A DNA stretch of 64,000 nucleotides from an uncultured Spirochaetota bacterium (GCA_963745235.1 CAVUXE010000052.1:256001-320000), one strand, 5' to 3'; positions 9,986 through 20,555 are shown, counted from the stretch's first letter. Translations and numbers: made by a program. Notes: generated from the letters alone by a model not told the origin.

Positions 9986-10055
9986 TGGTGAGACAAGGGG
10001 GCAAGGAAAGGAGGTGAAACTTACCCCACGAATCTAGATTCCGTTCTGTCTCTAC
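9951..10055 (-). ncRNA. Candidate small RNA with anti-SD loop (UUUCACCUCCUUUC)
   Basis: Nested stems GAGACA/UGUCUC, GAAUC/GAUUC and GGGGUAAG/CUUGCCCC (G-U pair only on the minus strand), then the terminator; intergenic. Confidence 0.6.
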
Positions 10056-10162
10056 ATTAATAAACACCGGCACACGGCAATTGTTACACCACCGTGCGCG
10101 CCACGTCCAACGAACCCGGGCTTTTTGATTATCTTTTCATGGCGCGAGGGAGGCGCACGCTG

Positions 10163-11113
10163 ATGGAAATGAACACCAGCAAGGTGGCAATCATCGGGGC
10201 AGGCTCGGTCGGCTCCACGCTCGCGTTCAATCTTTGCCTCAAGGGTGCCGTCACCGACATCGCCCTGATCGATTCGAACCGGGAGAAGGCTGAGGCTGAA
10301 ATCCTGGACATCAAGCAGGGGTCTCCTCTCGGCAGGTCGTTGAAGATAGAGGCCGCGGACTATGGATCCTGCAGGGACAGCCGCATCGCAATCATCACGG
10401 CGGGGGCCAGGCAGAAGCCGGGAGAGACACGCGTTGACCTCATGGAGCGCAACATCGGCATCATGAAGTCGATTGTGAAATCCATCCTCGACTCCGGGTT
10501 CCAGGGCATCTTCCTCGTCATCACGAATCCCGTGGATGTCCTGACATGGGTGGCTTTCGCCGAAAGCGGCTTTCCCGCGGCGCGCGTCTTCGGTTCGGGC
10601 ACCATCCTGGACTCCGCGCGGCTGCGTGAGTACGTGGCCCGCCACTGCAAGGTGAACCCGCAGAACATCCACGGCTACGTCCTGGGCGAGCACGGGGACA
10701 CATCGTTCCCGGCGTGGTCGCTCCTCACCATCGGCGGGATCCACTTCAACGAGTTCTGCCCCGTGTGCGGCGTCTGCGAAGAGCTGGAGGTGTTCAAGCA
10801 GAACACGATGAACGAGGTTCGCGCTACGGCGTACCGGATCATCCAGGCGAAGGGCTCAACGTGCTACGCCATCGCGCAAGCCGCCTCCCTCCTTGTCGAA
10901 TCCATCGTCCGTGACGAGAGGCGGATTCTGCCCGTGTCCACTGTCCGAAAGGAGTTCAAGGGCATTCGGAACACGGCCTTCAGCTTTCCCGCAATCGTTG
11001 GACAGACCGGCGTGAGCCGTGTCCTGGATTTTCCGCTTCCACCCGACGAGGAGAAGTGCCTTGTCGACTCTGCGCGGTACGTGGCTGAAAACATTTCCCG
11101 GGCGGGCTATTGA
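10163..11113 (+). CDS. ldh: L-lactate dehydrogenase
   Basis: IIGAGSVG, TAGARQKPGETR, TNPVD, GSGTILDSAR, LGEHGD. Confidence 0.95.
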   Translation: MEMNTSKVAIIGAGSVGSTLAFNLCLKGAVTDIALIDSNREKAEAEILDIKQGSPLGRSLKIEAADYGSCRDSRIAIITAGARQKPGETRVDLMERNIGIMKSIVKSILDSGFQGIFLVITNPVDVLTWVAFAESGFPAARVFGSGTILDSARLREYVARHCKVNPQNIHGYVLGEHGDTSFPAWSLLTIGGIHFNEFCPVCGVCEELEVFKQNTMNEVRATAYRIIQAKGSTCYAIAQAASLLVESIVRDERRILPVSTVRKEFKGIRNTAFSFPAIVGQTGVSRVLDFPLPPDEEKCLVDSARYVAENISRAGY

Positions 11114-11123
11114 ACGGACGCCT

Positions 11124-12533
11124 TCAGAGCTTCGACCATTCCGTGTGGAACGTTCCCTGTCTGTCCACCCGCTGGTACGTATGGGCACCGAAGTAGTCCC
11201 GCTGTGCCTGGATCAGGTTTGCCGGAAGCCTTTCCGTGCGATATGAGTCGAAATAGGAGAGCGCGGATGAAAAGGCCGGGATGGGAACTCCACGTTCCGC
11301 GGCCACCGCCACGAGGCGGCGCCACCCGGGCTGGGCCTTTTCAACGATCTCCTTGAAGTACGGATCCAGGAGGAGGTTCGCAAGATCCGGCTCCTTTTCG
11401 TATGCTTCCCGGATCCTTCCCAGGAATCTCGCCCGTATGATGCATCCCCCGCGCCAGATGGAGGCAATCTCTCCGAACTTGAGACCCCACGAGTATTCCC
11501 GGGCGGCTGCCCTCATCAGGCTGAAACCCTGCGCGTACGAGCAGATCTTGGAAGCGTAGAGAGCGTCATGCACCGCCTCCACAAGCTGGCCCGCGTCCCC
11601 CGAATACCCGCCGGACGGGCCGCGCAGGACCTTCGAAGCCTGGGTCCTTTCCTCTTTCATGGCGGAGATGGTGCGGGCGAACACCGCCTCCGCCATGGTC
11701 GCGGAGGCGACCCCGAGATCAAGGGCGGACTGGATTGTCCACTTGCCCGTGCCCTTCTGGCCGGCCTTGTCCAGGATCTGCTCCACAAGCGGCAGCCCGG
11801 TTTCCGGGTCCTTCTTCGTGAGGATGTCAGCGGTAATCTGGATCAGGTACGAGTCCAGGTCTCCCTGGTTCCACCGCGCAAAAACCCTGGCCATCTCCTG
11901 GTTGTCCATGCCCAGGAGGTTTCTCATGATGAAGTACGCCTCGGAGATGAGCTGCATGTCGCCGTACTCGATGCCGTTGTGGACCATCTTGACGTAATGC
12001 CCCGCTCCGTCCGGACCGATGTACACGCAACAGGGCTCTCCGTCCACCTTCGCGGCAATGTCGCGCAGGATCTTTCCCGCGGAGTCCCATGCGGCACGAC
12101 TCCCCCCCGGCATGATGCTGGGACCGTGCAGGGCGCCCTCCTCTCCTCCGGAGACCCCGGTGCCGAGAAACAGGAGACCCTTCGCCTCGATGTCCCTGGC
12201 CCGGCGGATGGTGTCCTGGAAGAACGAGTTGCCGCCGTCAATGATGATGTCCCCGCGGGAAAGAAGAGGCGCCACATGGTTGATGACCTCGTCCACGGGG
12301 CTTCCCGCCTGCACCATGATCAGGAGGGTACGGGGCTTTGAAAGCCCGGAAATCAGCTCCTCGATTGACCACGCGGGGACCAGGCGCTTGCCTTTCCCGG
12401 GCCCTTCGACAAGCTCGCGGGTCTTCTCCGCCGTCCGGTTGTAGACGCCGACGGTGTAGCCCCTGCTCTCCATGTTGCGGGCGAGGTTCTGACCCATGAC
12501 GGCCATGCCAATGACTCCGATATGCGCACCCAT
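11124..12533 (-). CDS. gndA: NADP-dependent 6-phosphogluconate dehydrogenase
   Basis: [43 protein letters not shown]. Confidence 0.97.
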   Translation of the reverse strand: MGAHIGVIGMAVMGQNLARNMESRGYTVGVYNRTAEKTRELVEGPGKGKRLVPAWSIEELISGLSKPRTLLIMVQAGSPVDEVINHVAPLLSRGDIIIDGGNSFFQDTIRRARDIEAKGLLFLGTGVSGGEEGALHGPSIMPGGSRAAWDSAGKILRDIAAKVDGEPCCVYIGPDGAGHYVKMVHNGIEYGDMQLISEAYFIMRNLLGMDNQEMARVFARWNQGDLDSYLIQITADILTKKDPETGLPLVEQILDKAGQKGTGKWTIQSALDLGVASATMAEAVFARTISAMKEERTQASKVLRGPSGGYSGDAGQLVEAVHDALYASKICSYAQGFSLMRAAAREYSWGLKFGEIASIWRGGCIIRARFLGRIREAYEKEPDLANLLLDPYFKEIVEKAQPGWRRLVAVAAERGVPIPAFSSALSYFDSYRTERLPANLIQAQRDYFGAHTYQRVDRQGTFHTEWSKL

Positions 12534-12534
12534 T

Positions 12535-13818
12535 TCAGCTCCCTCCTTGCTGTCCACGCTGCCGCGCGCGCTCGATTCTGGGCTCCGTGCCGCTGACGAT
12601 CCGCACCGGGTCTCCGTCCGCCATGATGGAAAGGCGGCCGGCTTCGACGACCAGCTCGTTCACGGCGCTGTTCGAAGGTGTTGCGATAATTCCCTGTTCG
12701 TCGATCAGGGCCGCCTGGCGCCGGCGCTCCTCCAGCGCTGCCGCCGGCGGCAGAGCGCGCGTGGACTCTTCCAGGCAGACAACGCTCCTCGTGATGGCTT
12801 CGATGGAATCAAAACCGTATCCGAGGGGACGAAGCCCTTCTCCCTCCCAGGGCACCAGCTGGAAAAAATCAGGGCTGGTGAACTGGAAGGACGATCCCTG
12901 CACGGGCTGATCCGCAAACGCGTAGCTCACGCCTCGGAAATGATCGTCGTGACGGATCATCCCGGCAACCCCGGCGCCTTCGCAGTACAGGAGGAGGCCC
13001 TGGTCGTTGCTCCCGGCGGCCTGGTCCGGGTAGCCCAGGCCGTTGGTCACCGAGAGGAGAGCGCCGTTCTCCCACGTCACCCTGGCATGAGACCAGAGGA
13101 ACCCCTCGTTGCCGTTCGGGAAACGCCGGCGAATGCCGACAACGGAGACCGCCACGGGGAGAAGGCCAGTGATGAATCGCACCAGGTCGACATAGTGACA
13201 CCCGATGTAGGTAAAGGGGTCGGTGTTCTCCACGGTGAACCAGCTCTGGAAGTTGGAGCTTCGGTACCTGGAGGGCTCGATGAGCCTTGCCTCTCCCATG
13301 ACCAGCTCACCGAAGCGACCCGCGCGGTAGCCGGCGCGTGCCACGCGGGCTCGCCTGTCCCATCGTTTGTGATACTCCACTCCGACAAACAGGCCGCGGG
13401 CGCCCGCCGTCCCGGCGATCTCAACTGCCTGGGAGTGCTTCAGCGCGAGCGGCTTGACGCACAGGACATGCTGGTCCGATTGAAGCGCCGTCATCACCAC
13501 CTCATGATGGAGGTGATCAGGGACCGCAACCACCACCATCTGGCGGGGCCGGAGGCTCTCAATCGCCCTGCGATACAGGAGAGGTTGCGTCTCGTCTCCC
13601 GGCGCGCCCAGGTCTGGCCACGGTTTGAACGAGCTTCCCGGAAATGCAGCCCTGATGCCCGCGTGCGAGGCAAGGATGCGGAGCGTCGAAGAGCGGGACG
13701 CGCAGACCGCGATGTCCCCGATCATCCCGGTGCGCTGGAGGTGATACAGCGAGGGCAGGATGAGGTCCGCGGTGACCATCCCGCCGCCGATGACGAGCGC
13801 ATCGGGGCGGCTGCTCAC
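12535..13818 (-). CDS. Gfo/Idh/MocA oxidoreductase
   Basis: [33 protein letters not shown]. Confidence 0.85.
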   Translation of the reverse strand: MSSRPDALVIGGGMVTADLILPSLYHLQRTGMIGDIAVCASRSSTLRILASHAGIRAAFPGSSFKPWPDLGAPGDETQPLLYRRAIESLRPRQMVVVAVPDHLHHEVVMTALQSDQHVLCVKPLALKHSQAVEIAGTAGARGLFVGVEYHKRWDRRARVARAGYRAGRFGELVMGEARLIEPSRYRSSNFQSWFTVENTDPFTYIGCHYVDLVRFITGLLPVAVSVVGIRRRFPNGNEGFLWSHARVTWENGALLSVTNGLGYPDQAAGSNDQGLLLYCEGAGVAGMIRHDDHFRGVSYAFADQPVQGSSFQFTSPDFFQLVPWEGEGLRPLGYGFDSIEAITRSVVCLEESTRALPPAAALEERRRQAALIDEQGIIATPSNSAVNELVVEAGRLSIMADGDPVRIVSGTEPRIERARQRGQQGGS

Positions 13819-15191
13819 GAGAGGACCTCGTCCATGGCCTCACCAAGGGTCGCGAGCCCCTCCAGGAGCGCGTCGCGGGAAATGTCCAGGGCGGGGGCAA
13901 TCTTGATGCACTCACCGGAGGCCCCGACGGGGGCGAACATGAGAAGCCCCTTGTGAAAGCAGGCGGTGTTCACGGCAAGGGCGGCAGCTGAATCAGGCTC
14001 CCGCGTGCCGTGTCGGACAAGGCGGACTCCGCCCACCAGGCCCATGCTGCGGATGCTGCCCACTGAGCCGGCGTGGCGCGCCCCCAGGTCCTCGAGGCCG
14101 CTTCGAAGCACGGGGCCCAGCTCCTGCGCGTTCTGGAGGTACCCGCCTTCCTTCAGGGTCTTCACGCTCGCCAGGGCCGCGGCAACAGGCAGCGGCGAGC
14201 CGGAATGGGTGGAGGTCATGGAACCGGGGGGATACATCTCCATGACGTCAGCTCTCCCGATCACCGCAGAGAGCGGAAGCGATCCCGAAACGCCTTTCCC
14301 GCACGCAATCAGGTCAGGGACAATGCCGTAGTGCTCGAAGGCAAACCACCTGCCCGTCCGGCCGAAGCCGGCCTGCACTTCGTCCACGATCAGGAGCGAG
14401 TCATTCTTTCTGCACCACGATTCGAGCTGGCGTGCGTACTCGACGGGGAGGAAGTCTGGCCCGACCCCCTGGAAGCTCTCTGTCATCACGGCGCAAACCT
14501 GGGAGGGCCGTACGCCCCTGCGCTCCAGCGTCTCCGGCAAGAGGTCGAAGCGAAGGTCCTGGTTCGCGTATCCGTCAGGAAATGGCACCTGGACGAACGA
14601 GTCATCAGGCCGTCCGAGCCATGCTTTCTGCGCGGCATTTCCGCCCGCCAGCTGCGCGCCCATCGTCCGTCCGTGGAAGGCGTTCTCGAAGGAAACGAGC
14701 ACGCGTCGCTCAGGACCGTGGGTCGCAAGACCCCAGGTCCGGGCCAGCTTGATGCAGTTCTCAGTGGCCTCGGAACCCGTGGTGAGAAGGAAAACTTTGT
14801 ACCCCGGCGAAGGGGCAAGCCCGGCGAGAAGCTCCACCAGCTCCGCCCTCTTCTGGTGGGCAAAGACGTAGGTGCTGAGAAGAGGACGCTCGATCATCTC
14901 CCGGAGCGCTGAAACGATTGCCGGATGTCCGTTTCCCACATTCGATATGAGCACTCCGGAAGACCAGTCCAGCCACTTGTTGCCCCACCTGTCGTACACG
15001 CTCCATCCCACGGCCCGATCGATGACGAGCGGAGGCTGCCCTTGCATGGAAGAAGGTTCGAAGCGTTCCAGGGAAAGAAGGATGGGCAGGGACTCCGGCA
15101 CGGGGAGCCGGGTCACAATGCGTCTGTTCGGCGTCTCAACCCGCGGGACCTCCCGCGGCTCGAGCGAATATTTCCTCTGATGGCTGCTCAC
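13815..15191 (-). CDS. Class III PLP aminotransferase
   Basis: TGSEA.E..IK, FHGRT, DEVQAGFGRTG, PDLIACGKG.SG, STHSG.P. Confidence 0.9.
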   Translation of the reverse strand: MSSHQRKYSLEPREVPRVETPNRRIVTRLPVPESLPILLSLERFEPSSMQGQPPLVIDRAVGWSVYDRWGNKWLDWSSGVLISNVGNGHPAIVSALREMIERPLLSTYVFAHQKRAELVELLAGLAPSPGYKVFLLTTGSEATENCIKLARTWGLATHGPERRVLVSFENAFHGRTMGAQLAGGNAAQKAWLGRPDDSFVQVPFPDGYANQDLRFDLLPETLERRGVRPSQVCAVMTESFQGVGPDFLPVEYARQLESWCRKNDSLLIVDEVQAGFGRTGRWFAFEHYGIVPDLIACGKGVSGSLPLSAVIGRADVMEMYPPGSMTSTHSGSPLPVAAALASVKTLKEGGYLQNAQELGPVLRSGLEDLGARHAGSVGSIRSMGLVGGVRLVRHGTREPDSAAALAVNTACFHKGLLMFAPVGASGECIKIAPALDISRDALLEGLATLGEAMDEVLS

Positions 15192-15233
15192 GCTTCCGCC
15201 TCGGGGTAATAATGGAAGCGGGCCGCGTCAAAG

Positions 15234-16313
15234 TCAATGCGCGACGCTCGGGGAAGCTTCCGTGCTCTGGGCAATCCGCTGCATCAGTTTCTTCACATCC
15301 CCCTTTTTCGCCAGGGCCTCCATGGAAAGCATGAACGCCTTGAGATCACTGCCGCAGCGCTCCTGGAACCAGGAATGGAGGAGTGGCACGTCGTCCGTAT
15401 ACAGGCTGTACAGGGAAAGGTAGGCATTGTTGATGGGAAGATCGGCAATCCTGCTGTACCCGGGAGATCGGAACATGGTGCCGGCCTCCCCAGCAAGCCT
15501 CTTTCGAAACGCGTTGATGAGCTGGCTTTTCCGCTCCAGCTTGTATGCTCGCGGGATGGGAGAGTCGTAGACCTCCTCGAGAGACGCGTCGAGCTGTCTC
15601 AGCTTGGCGACGAACAGCTCAGAGTCAGCCTTCTCGTCCAGCGCGGATCGATATTCCGCGGATTGTTGTCCGTAGCGCCCAGCAATCCATTCCAGCGCAC
15701 CCGTTTCACCAACGAAGTCCGCGAGCTCCTCGTTGAAATCCGTCTGGCCCTTCACCCACAGGGTCGCGTGGGTCTGCTCGTGCATGATTGTGCTGGCCAG
15801 CTCGTAGGGGGAGTACTTCTTCATGAAAGAGTACACCGGGTCCCGGGTGAAGCCGAGAGTGCTGAAGGCATCCACCTTGCGGACGATCACGTCGTATCCC
15901 CGCTTCTTGAGGCCTTCGGCTTCAACCAGGGCATCCGCCCGCTCGTAAAAGCCCCTGTAGGGCAGCCGGCCGAGTACGGGGTAGCTCCACTGGTACGGGG
16001 TGAAGGAGACAGCATCACAGGCCTGGACCACGTCAACGAGGTAGTCCTTTTCGATGCTCTTGTAGCGGGTGTAGTTGCCGTTGTCCCGCAGCCCGATGCT
16101 CTCGACGGCAAAACGCCTGATCTCCTTCACCTCCTGGAGGAACCCGCGGACGTCGGGCGGCGTGGATGCGGTCTTGAGGAGGTCATCCACGCTTTCCGTG
16201 CCGTTGGAGTAGCGAAGGAGGTAGTTGCCCTGCTTCGCCAGGTAGCCCAGGTCGGAAACGCAGCCGGACAGGATGGAGATCAGGGTTGCAAGCACAGGCG
16301 CGGCGGCTTTCAT
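15234..16313 (-). CDS. Putative zinc aminopeptidase lipoprotein
   Basis: Lipobox LSGC; YL.KQG, AFSTLG..DP, HEQTH (HExxH), FNE.LA. Confidence 0.8.
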   Translation of the reverse strand: MKAAAPVLATLISILSGCVSDLGYLAKQGNYLLRYSNGTESVDDLLKTASTPPDVRGFLQEVKEIRRFAVESIGLRDNGNYTRYKSIEKDYLVDVVQACDAVSFTPYQWSYPVLGRLPYRGFYERADALVEAEGLKKRGYDVIVRKVDAFSTLGFTRDPVYSFMKKYSPYELASTIMHEQTHATLWVKGQTDFNEELADFVGETGALEWIAGRYGQQSAEYRSALDEKADSELFVAKLRQLDASLEEVYDSPIPRAYKLERKSQLINAFRKRLAGEAGTMFRSPGYSRIADLPINNAYLSLYSLYTDDVPLLHSWFQERCGSDLKAFMLSMEALAKKGDVKKLMQRIAQSTEASPSVAH

Positions 16314-16423
16314 GGCTTCCCCCCAAGGGTACAAGCGCCGCACTCACGTGTCCATTTGGCGTCTCTTCTCTGGACATTCTTTCCGGGATATTCTGTGAGA
16401 ACCCGGGGAAAGGAGGGACGCGC

Positions 16424-17539
16424 ATGGCGTCAGGAAAAAAGGTGCGGGTCGGAGTTGTCGGACTGGGCTTCGGCGCGGAGTTCGTGCCCCTTTACCAGAA
16501 GCACCCTGACGCGGAGTGCTTCGCGATCTGCCAGAGAGACAAGGCGAAAATGGACGCGGTGGGCGACATGTTCAAGGTGCAAAGGAGATACACCCGCTAC
16601 GAGGATCTCCTTGCGGACAGGGACGTGGACGCCATCCACGTGGTCACCCCCATTGCGTTGCACGCACCCATGACGATAGCAGCCCTGCACGCGGGGAAGC
16701 ACGCCTGCAGCACGGTGCCCATGGCGACAACGATCTCGGATTGCCTGAAGATCGCGGAGGCGCGAAAGAAAGCGGGCAAGGTATACATGATGATGGAGAC
16801 GGCCGTGTATACGCGCGAGTTCCTCTACGTCAGGGAGATGGCGGAGAAAGGGGAGCTCGGCAAGATCCAGTTCCTGCGAGGCTCGCACCAGCAGAACATG
16901 AGCCTTCCCGGTTGGCCGGACTACTGGTATGGCTTTCCGCCCATGCACTATGCCACCCACGCGGTCAGCCCGCTCCTCGCGCTGAGCGGCGGCCAGGCGG
17001 AATCCGTGGTGTGCTTCGGATCAGGGACCATCCGTGAAGAGTATGCAAGGCGCTACGGCTCACCCTTCGCAATCGAAACGGCCCTCGTGAAGCTCGCGGA
17101 CTCCGACCTGGCGTGCGAGGTTACCAGGTCCCTGTTCGACACCATCCGCCAATACCGCGAAAGCTTCGATGTCTACGGGACGAAGCTTTCTTTCGAGTGG
17201 GAGCAGCTCGCGGGGGAAAAGCCCGTGCTGTATTCAGGATACGAGGAGGCGAGGAGAGTGGACGTTCCTGATTTCGGCCACAGGCTCCCCGGGGAGATCG
17301 CACCGTACACGATCCATGGCGTCTATGATGATGAGCACGCGCATACTTCCTTCATCCAGGGCGCGGGTCATGGCGGGTCTCATCCGCACCTCGCCCACGA
17401 GTTCATCCGGGCCGTTGTCGAGGGACGGGAGTCCGCGGTGGACGCGCCGACGGCCGCCAACTGGACCATGACGGGCATTTGCGCTCACGAATCCGCCATG
17501 AAAGGCGGGAGGCGCATTGAGATCCCGCGCGTGAAGTAG
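16424..17539 (+). CDS. Gfo/Idh/MocA oxidoreductase
   Basis: VGLGFG, GKH..STVPMA, PPMHYATH, GHGGSHPHL; strong RBS. Confidence 0.88.
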   Translation: MASGKKVRVGVVGLGFGAEFVPLYQKHPDAECFAICQRDKAKMDAVGDMFKVQRRYTRYEDLLADRDVDAIHVVTPIALHAPMTIAALHAGKHACSTVPMATTISDCLKIAEARKKAGKVYMMMETAVYTREFLYVREMAEKGELGKIQFLRGSHQQNMSLPGWPDYWYGFPPMHYATHAVSPLLALSGGQAESVVCFGSGTIREEYARRYGSPFAIETALVKLADSDLACEVTRSLFDTIRQYRESFDVYGTKLSFEWEQLAGEKPVLYSGYEEARRVDVPDFGHRLPGEIAPYTIHGVYDDEHAHTSFIQGAGHGGSHPHLAHEFIRAVVEGRESAVDAPTAANWTMTGICAHESAMKGGRRIEIPRVK

Positions 17540-17661
17540 AGAGTCTGTTGCTTCCCTTGACATCTGAGAGAGAAAGTGCTTCTTGGAGATGCTGACCAGT
17601 TGGCCGTTTCCGGACCCGCCCCCTGGTGACACCGGCAGCATCGGAAACGTCAAGGGCATAG

Positions 17662-18600
17662 ATGGAATACAAGGACCTACCGCCGGGCGCGCCTGCAGAG
17701 CTCAGCAGCGCGTCCGCGGACAGCCTCGATCTGACGCTCGACCTGGGCGACCTTCCCCTCCTGGACCAGGTCAATGAAAGCTTTGATGATCTCATTGCGC
17801 GGGAGCAGTACCGAAACGGTCTTCTCGTGCAGCTGAAAAAGTGCAGGCTTGGGCTCCGCGAGGGCGGCACTCTTCGCCTCACCAACACGCGCCAGGGCGA
17901 CAATGATGTTTCCTATCTCGAGCGTCAGGAAATGCTCCTGCGGACGGCTGGCTTCACGGACGTCACGGTAGCCGCGGGGCCCCCGCTCCAGGTGGAGGCG
18001 GTCAGGAGGCCCGCCGTGGTGGAGGAGCAGGAATACGGGATGGTTGTACGCGAGATGGTCACGCCGGAAGAGATCGTGCGCGCCCACGAGTTCGCGAGGG
18101 AATACTACTTCTACAAGGACTACAACTACGATTACGAAGTGGCCAGGCAGTTCGACCTGAACTCCGACGTCTACGCCGTGACGGACAAGTCGGGAGAAAT
18201 GGTCGCTCTTGCCAAATGCGCGGTCCGCGCACCAGGCTACTATTGCCCGTTCATGTACGCTAATGTGGAGGACGGCAGCCATTTCCGGCTCCCCGACCAT
18301 TGGCGCCGCATCGGGGAAGTCATGGCTATCTATAAGGAAGGCAAGAGCGGGGTGGTTGCCTACAAGAGGCTGATGGAGTTTCTGACCCAGTACTCCTGCC
18401 ATATCGCGCGGGCCGACACCATCCTCACGACGTACGCCGTGAACGATCCCTACACCGGCAACTACTACAAGAGCAAGTTCAGGATGGAAGAGGCCGGGGC
18501 CACCCTGACGTACCGGGATTTCGGAGGCAAATGGATCCTTTTATGGACGAACAAAATCCTCGAGCTCGCAAAGCTGCACCGGGACTTGTTCAAAAAGTAA
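17662..18600 (+). CDS. Hypothetical protein: methyltransferase-like N-terminal remnant plus LuxI/FeeM-like GNAT domain
   Basis: LREGG.L...LL..AGF.DV pattern; then R..Y....Y.....QFD..S..Y.V.D..GE.VA...; fold assignment is inference. Confidence 0.55.
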   Translation: MEYKDLPPGAPAELSSASADSLDLTLDLGDLPLLDQVNESFDDLIAREQYRNGLLVQLKKCRLGLREGGTLRLTNTRQGDNDVSYLERQEMLLRTAGFTDVTVAAGPPLQVEAVRRPAVVEEQEYGMVVREMVTPEEIVRAHEFAREYYFYKDYNYDYEVARQFDLNSDVYAVTDKSGEMVALAKCAVRAPGYYCPFMYANVEDGSHFRLPDHWRRIGEVMAIYKEGKSGVVAYKRLMEFLTQYSCHIARADTILTTYAVNDPYTGNYYKSKFRMEEAGATLTYRDFGGKWILLWTNKILELAKLHRDLFKK

Positions 18601-20555
18601 GGGCCCTCCTCTTCGAGGGTCTCCCCCAGTCGCGGGAGCAGCGCGAGCAGTATCGACGCCAGCAGGCGGACTCCCTCACCCGGATAAACCGGGTCTTTGC
18701 CCTCGTCGGCGTGGCGGCCACGGCATACCTCATGCTCTTCAGTGACGCCACGACGTACCCGCAGTACGCGCATGCCATGTTCCAGGGCAGGATGTACACG
18801 ATCGTCGCCGCGACGATCATCGGCTTGTTGTCCTTTTTTCCCTTTGCCCGTCGTATCGGCATTCCATTGTCTTTCCTTCTCTTCGTGAGCGGCACGCTGC
18901 AGACAGCCCACCTCACGGCAGTGATGAACAATATTCCCGCTGACCTGACGGCGTGGGTCTACATCAACCTCATTTTCTGCGGCATCTACCCCCTGCCCGT
19001 CACGTATTCCTTCGTCGCAACGGTCATCGGCGTGGCCTATTACATCGTCGTCTACAGATTGAGCGGCTTCGTGCCGGACGTGGCTTTCCAGCAGACCCTG
19101 GTGAATATCGTGGTGCCGAGCCTCCTGGTGCTCGCGTTCAAAATCGGGATGGAGCGGATCCGAAAGAGGGAGTTCTATTTCCGGGTCGGCCTGCAGAAGG
19201 CCAACCAGGAGATTGCGGAGCTGAATGTGAAACTCGAAGACGAGAACCTGAGGCTGTCCCACGAGCTGGAGGTTGCCCAGCACATCCAGAGCATCGTGCT
19301 GCCGCAGGAAAGCGACTACCAGGCTTTCCGCGACCTGGAGATCTCCTGCCGCATGGTGCCGGCAACCGAGGTGGGAGGGGATTTCTACGACACCATCCAT
19401 TTCGGCCCCGAGGGGTTTCTTTCCATCGGGGACGTGACGGACCACGGCCTGCACTCCGGCCTCATCATGATGATGGTCCACACCGCCCTGCGAGCCTTGA
19501 GCAGGATAGAGCGCAACGACATCCAGCGGATCTACGGCGTGATCAACCGCCTGTTGTACGATTTCCGCCTCAAGACCCTGGACCACCGCATCATGTCGCT
19601 GATCATCCTCAGGTACCTGGGGGACGGCAACTTCATGATGACGGGTCAGCATGAGACCATCCTCATCCTCCACAAGGACGGCACCGTCCGGAACATCGAA
19701 TCCCTGGAGTACGGGATGTATGCCGGGCTTGACGCCAACGTGCTCCCCTACCTCAAGCTGTTCAACTTCCATCTCGACGAAGACGACGTCCTGATCCTCT
19801 ACACAGACGGCGTGACAGAAGCGCAGAACGGGCAGGGAGATGCCTTCGGGACAGCGGGAATCATCACCGCGGCAAGCCCTGTTCGCGGGTCATCCGCGGA
19901 GGCAATCCAGACAGCCATCGTGGAAGCCTGCCAGCAGCACATCGGCCAGGCGCGGCGTTTCGACGACATTTCGGTGGTCGTGGTGAAGAAGGTTGCCGAC
20001 AAGGGGTGGGACGGGCAGCTGCGCGGCACCGTTCACGTGGGGGATGCAATCGACCTCGACAGCGGAGTCGAAAGCGCCTTCAACGTGCGCTTTCTCCCCC
20101 TGGACATGTTTGACCACTGGCAACGAGGGAGCGTCCTCTCGGATTTCACCGCGGACTACTTCCGGCATAATTTCCCGTCGGAGGAACAGGCCGGGCTCAT
20201 ATCCACGGTGGTCAACGAGCTGGTGGAGAACGCGGTCAAGTTCAGCTCCAACAACTCGCTCCCCGTCGAGCTCATCCTCAGGAAGGCAAATGACAGGATG
20301 GTGGTGGAGATCACCAACACGCTGCCGCAGAACCGCACCCAGCCCTTCATGGCCACCTGTCGGGAGCTCTTCGAGAGCAACCTCGATGAGCTGTACGTCA
20401 AACGGATGGACCAGGGACGGACGGATCGCGAGTCATCAGGGCTCGGACTGCTCCTGATCAAGAAGGACTACAGCACCAAGCTCAGCTTTCAGTTCCGATT
20501 TGACGATGATGATACCGTCCAGGTGACGGTCGCAACAGAGCTGGCCTTCAAATGA
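18531..20555 (+). CDS. Membrane sensor + SpoIIE/PP2C phosphatase + C-terminal anti-sigma-type HATPase kinase (slr1658/SiaB-like)
   Basis: About 5-6 TM; coiled coil; VGGDFYD, GDVTDHG, LYTDGVTEA, DDIS; NELVENAVKF and SGLGL; start may be 18543. Confidence 0.85.
   Translation: MDPFMDEQNPRARKAAPGLVQKVRALLFEGLPQSREQREQYRRQQADSLTRINRVFALVGVAATAYLMLFSDATTYPQYAHAMFQGRMYTIVAATIIGLLSFFPFARRIGIPLSFLLFVSGTLQTAHLTAVMNNIPADLTAWVYINLIFCGIYPLPVTYSFVATVIGVAYYIVVYRLSGFVPDVAFQQTLVNIVVPSLLVLAFKIGMERIRKREFYFRVGLQKANQEIAELNVKLEDENLRLSHELEVAQHIQSIVLPQESDYQAFRDLEISCRMVPATEVGGDFYDTIHFGPEGFLSIGDVTDHGLHSGLIMMMVHTALRALSRIERNDIQRIYGVINRLLYDFRLKTLDHRIMSLIILRYLGDGNFMMTGQHETILILHKDGTVRNIESLEYGMYAGLDANVLPYLKLFNFHLDEDDVLILYTDGVTEAQNGQGDAFGTAGIITAASPVRGSSAEAIQTAIVEACQQHIGQARRFDDISVVVVKKVADKGWDGQLRGTVHVGDAIDLDSGVESAFNVRFLPLDMFDHWQRGSVLSDFTADYFRHNFPSEEQAGLISTVVNELVENAVKFSSNNSLPVELILRKANDRMVVEITNTLPQNRTQPFMATCRELFESNLDELYVKRMDQGRTDRESSGLGLLLIKKDYSTKLSFQFRFDDDDTVQVTVATELAFK

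Noticed and set aside
10006-10019. 16S rRNA gene fragment
   Set aside because: Only the anti-SD 11-12-mer matches; there is no helix 45 or other rRNA sequence.
10014-10037. Plus-strand micro-ORF (MKLTPRI) behind AAGGAAAGGAG
   Set aside because: The wobble pair and U-tract favour a minus-strand RNA, and no well-spaced start follows the perfect SD. Not fully excluded.
10755-10780. CPVCGVC insertion in LDH as a novelty
   Set aside because: Similar Cys clusters occur in known LDHs such as that of Thermotoga.
12496-13956. Long antisense ORFs (also 15237-16673, 18465-19772, 22357-23916, 62594-63895)
   Set aside because: These are stop-poor shadows expected in high-GC coding DNA and carry no motifs.
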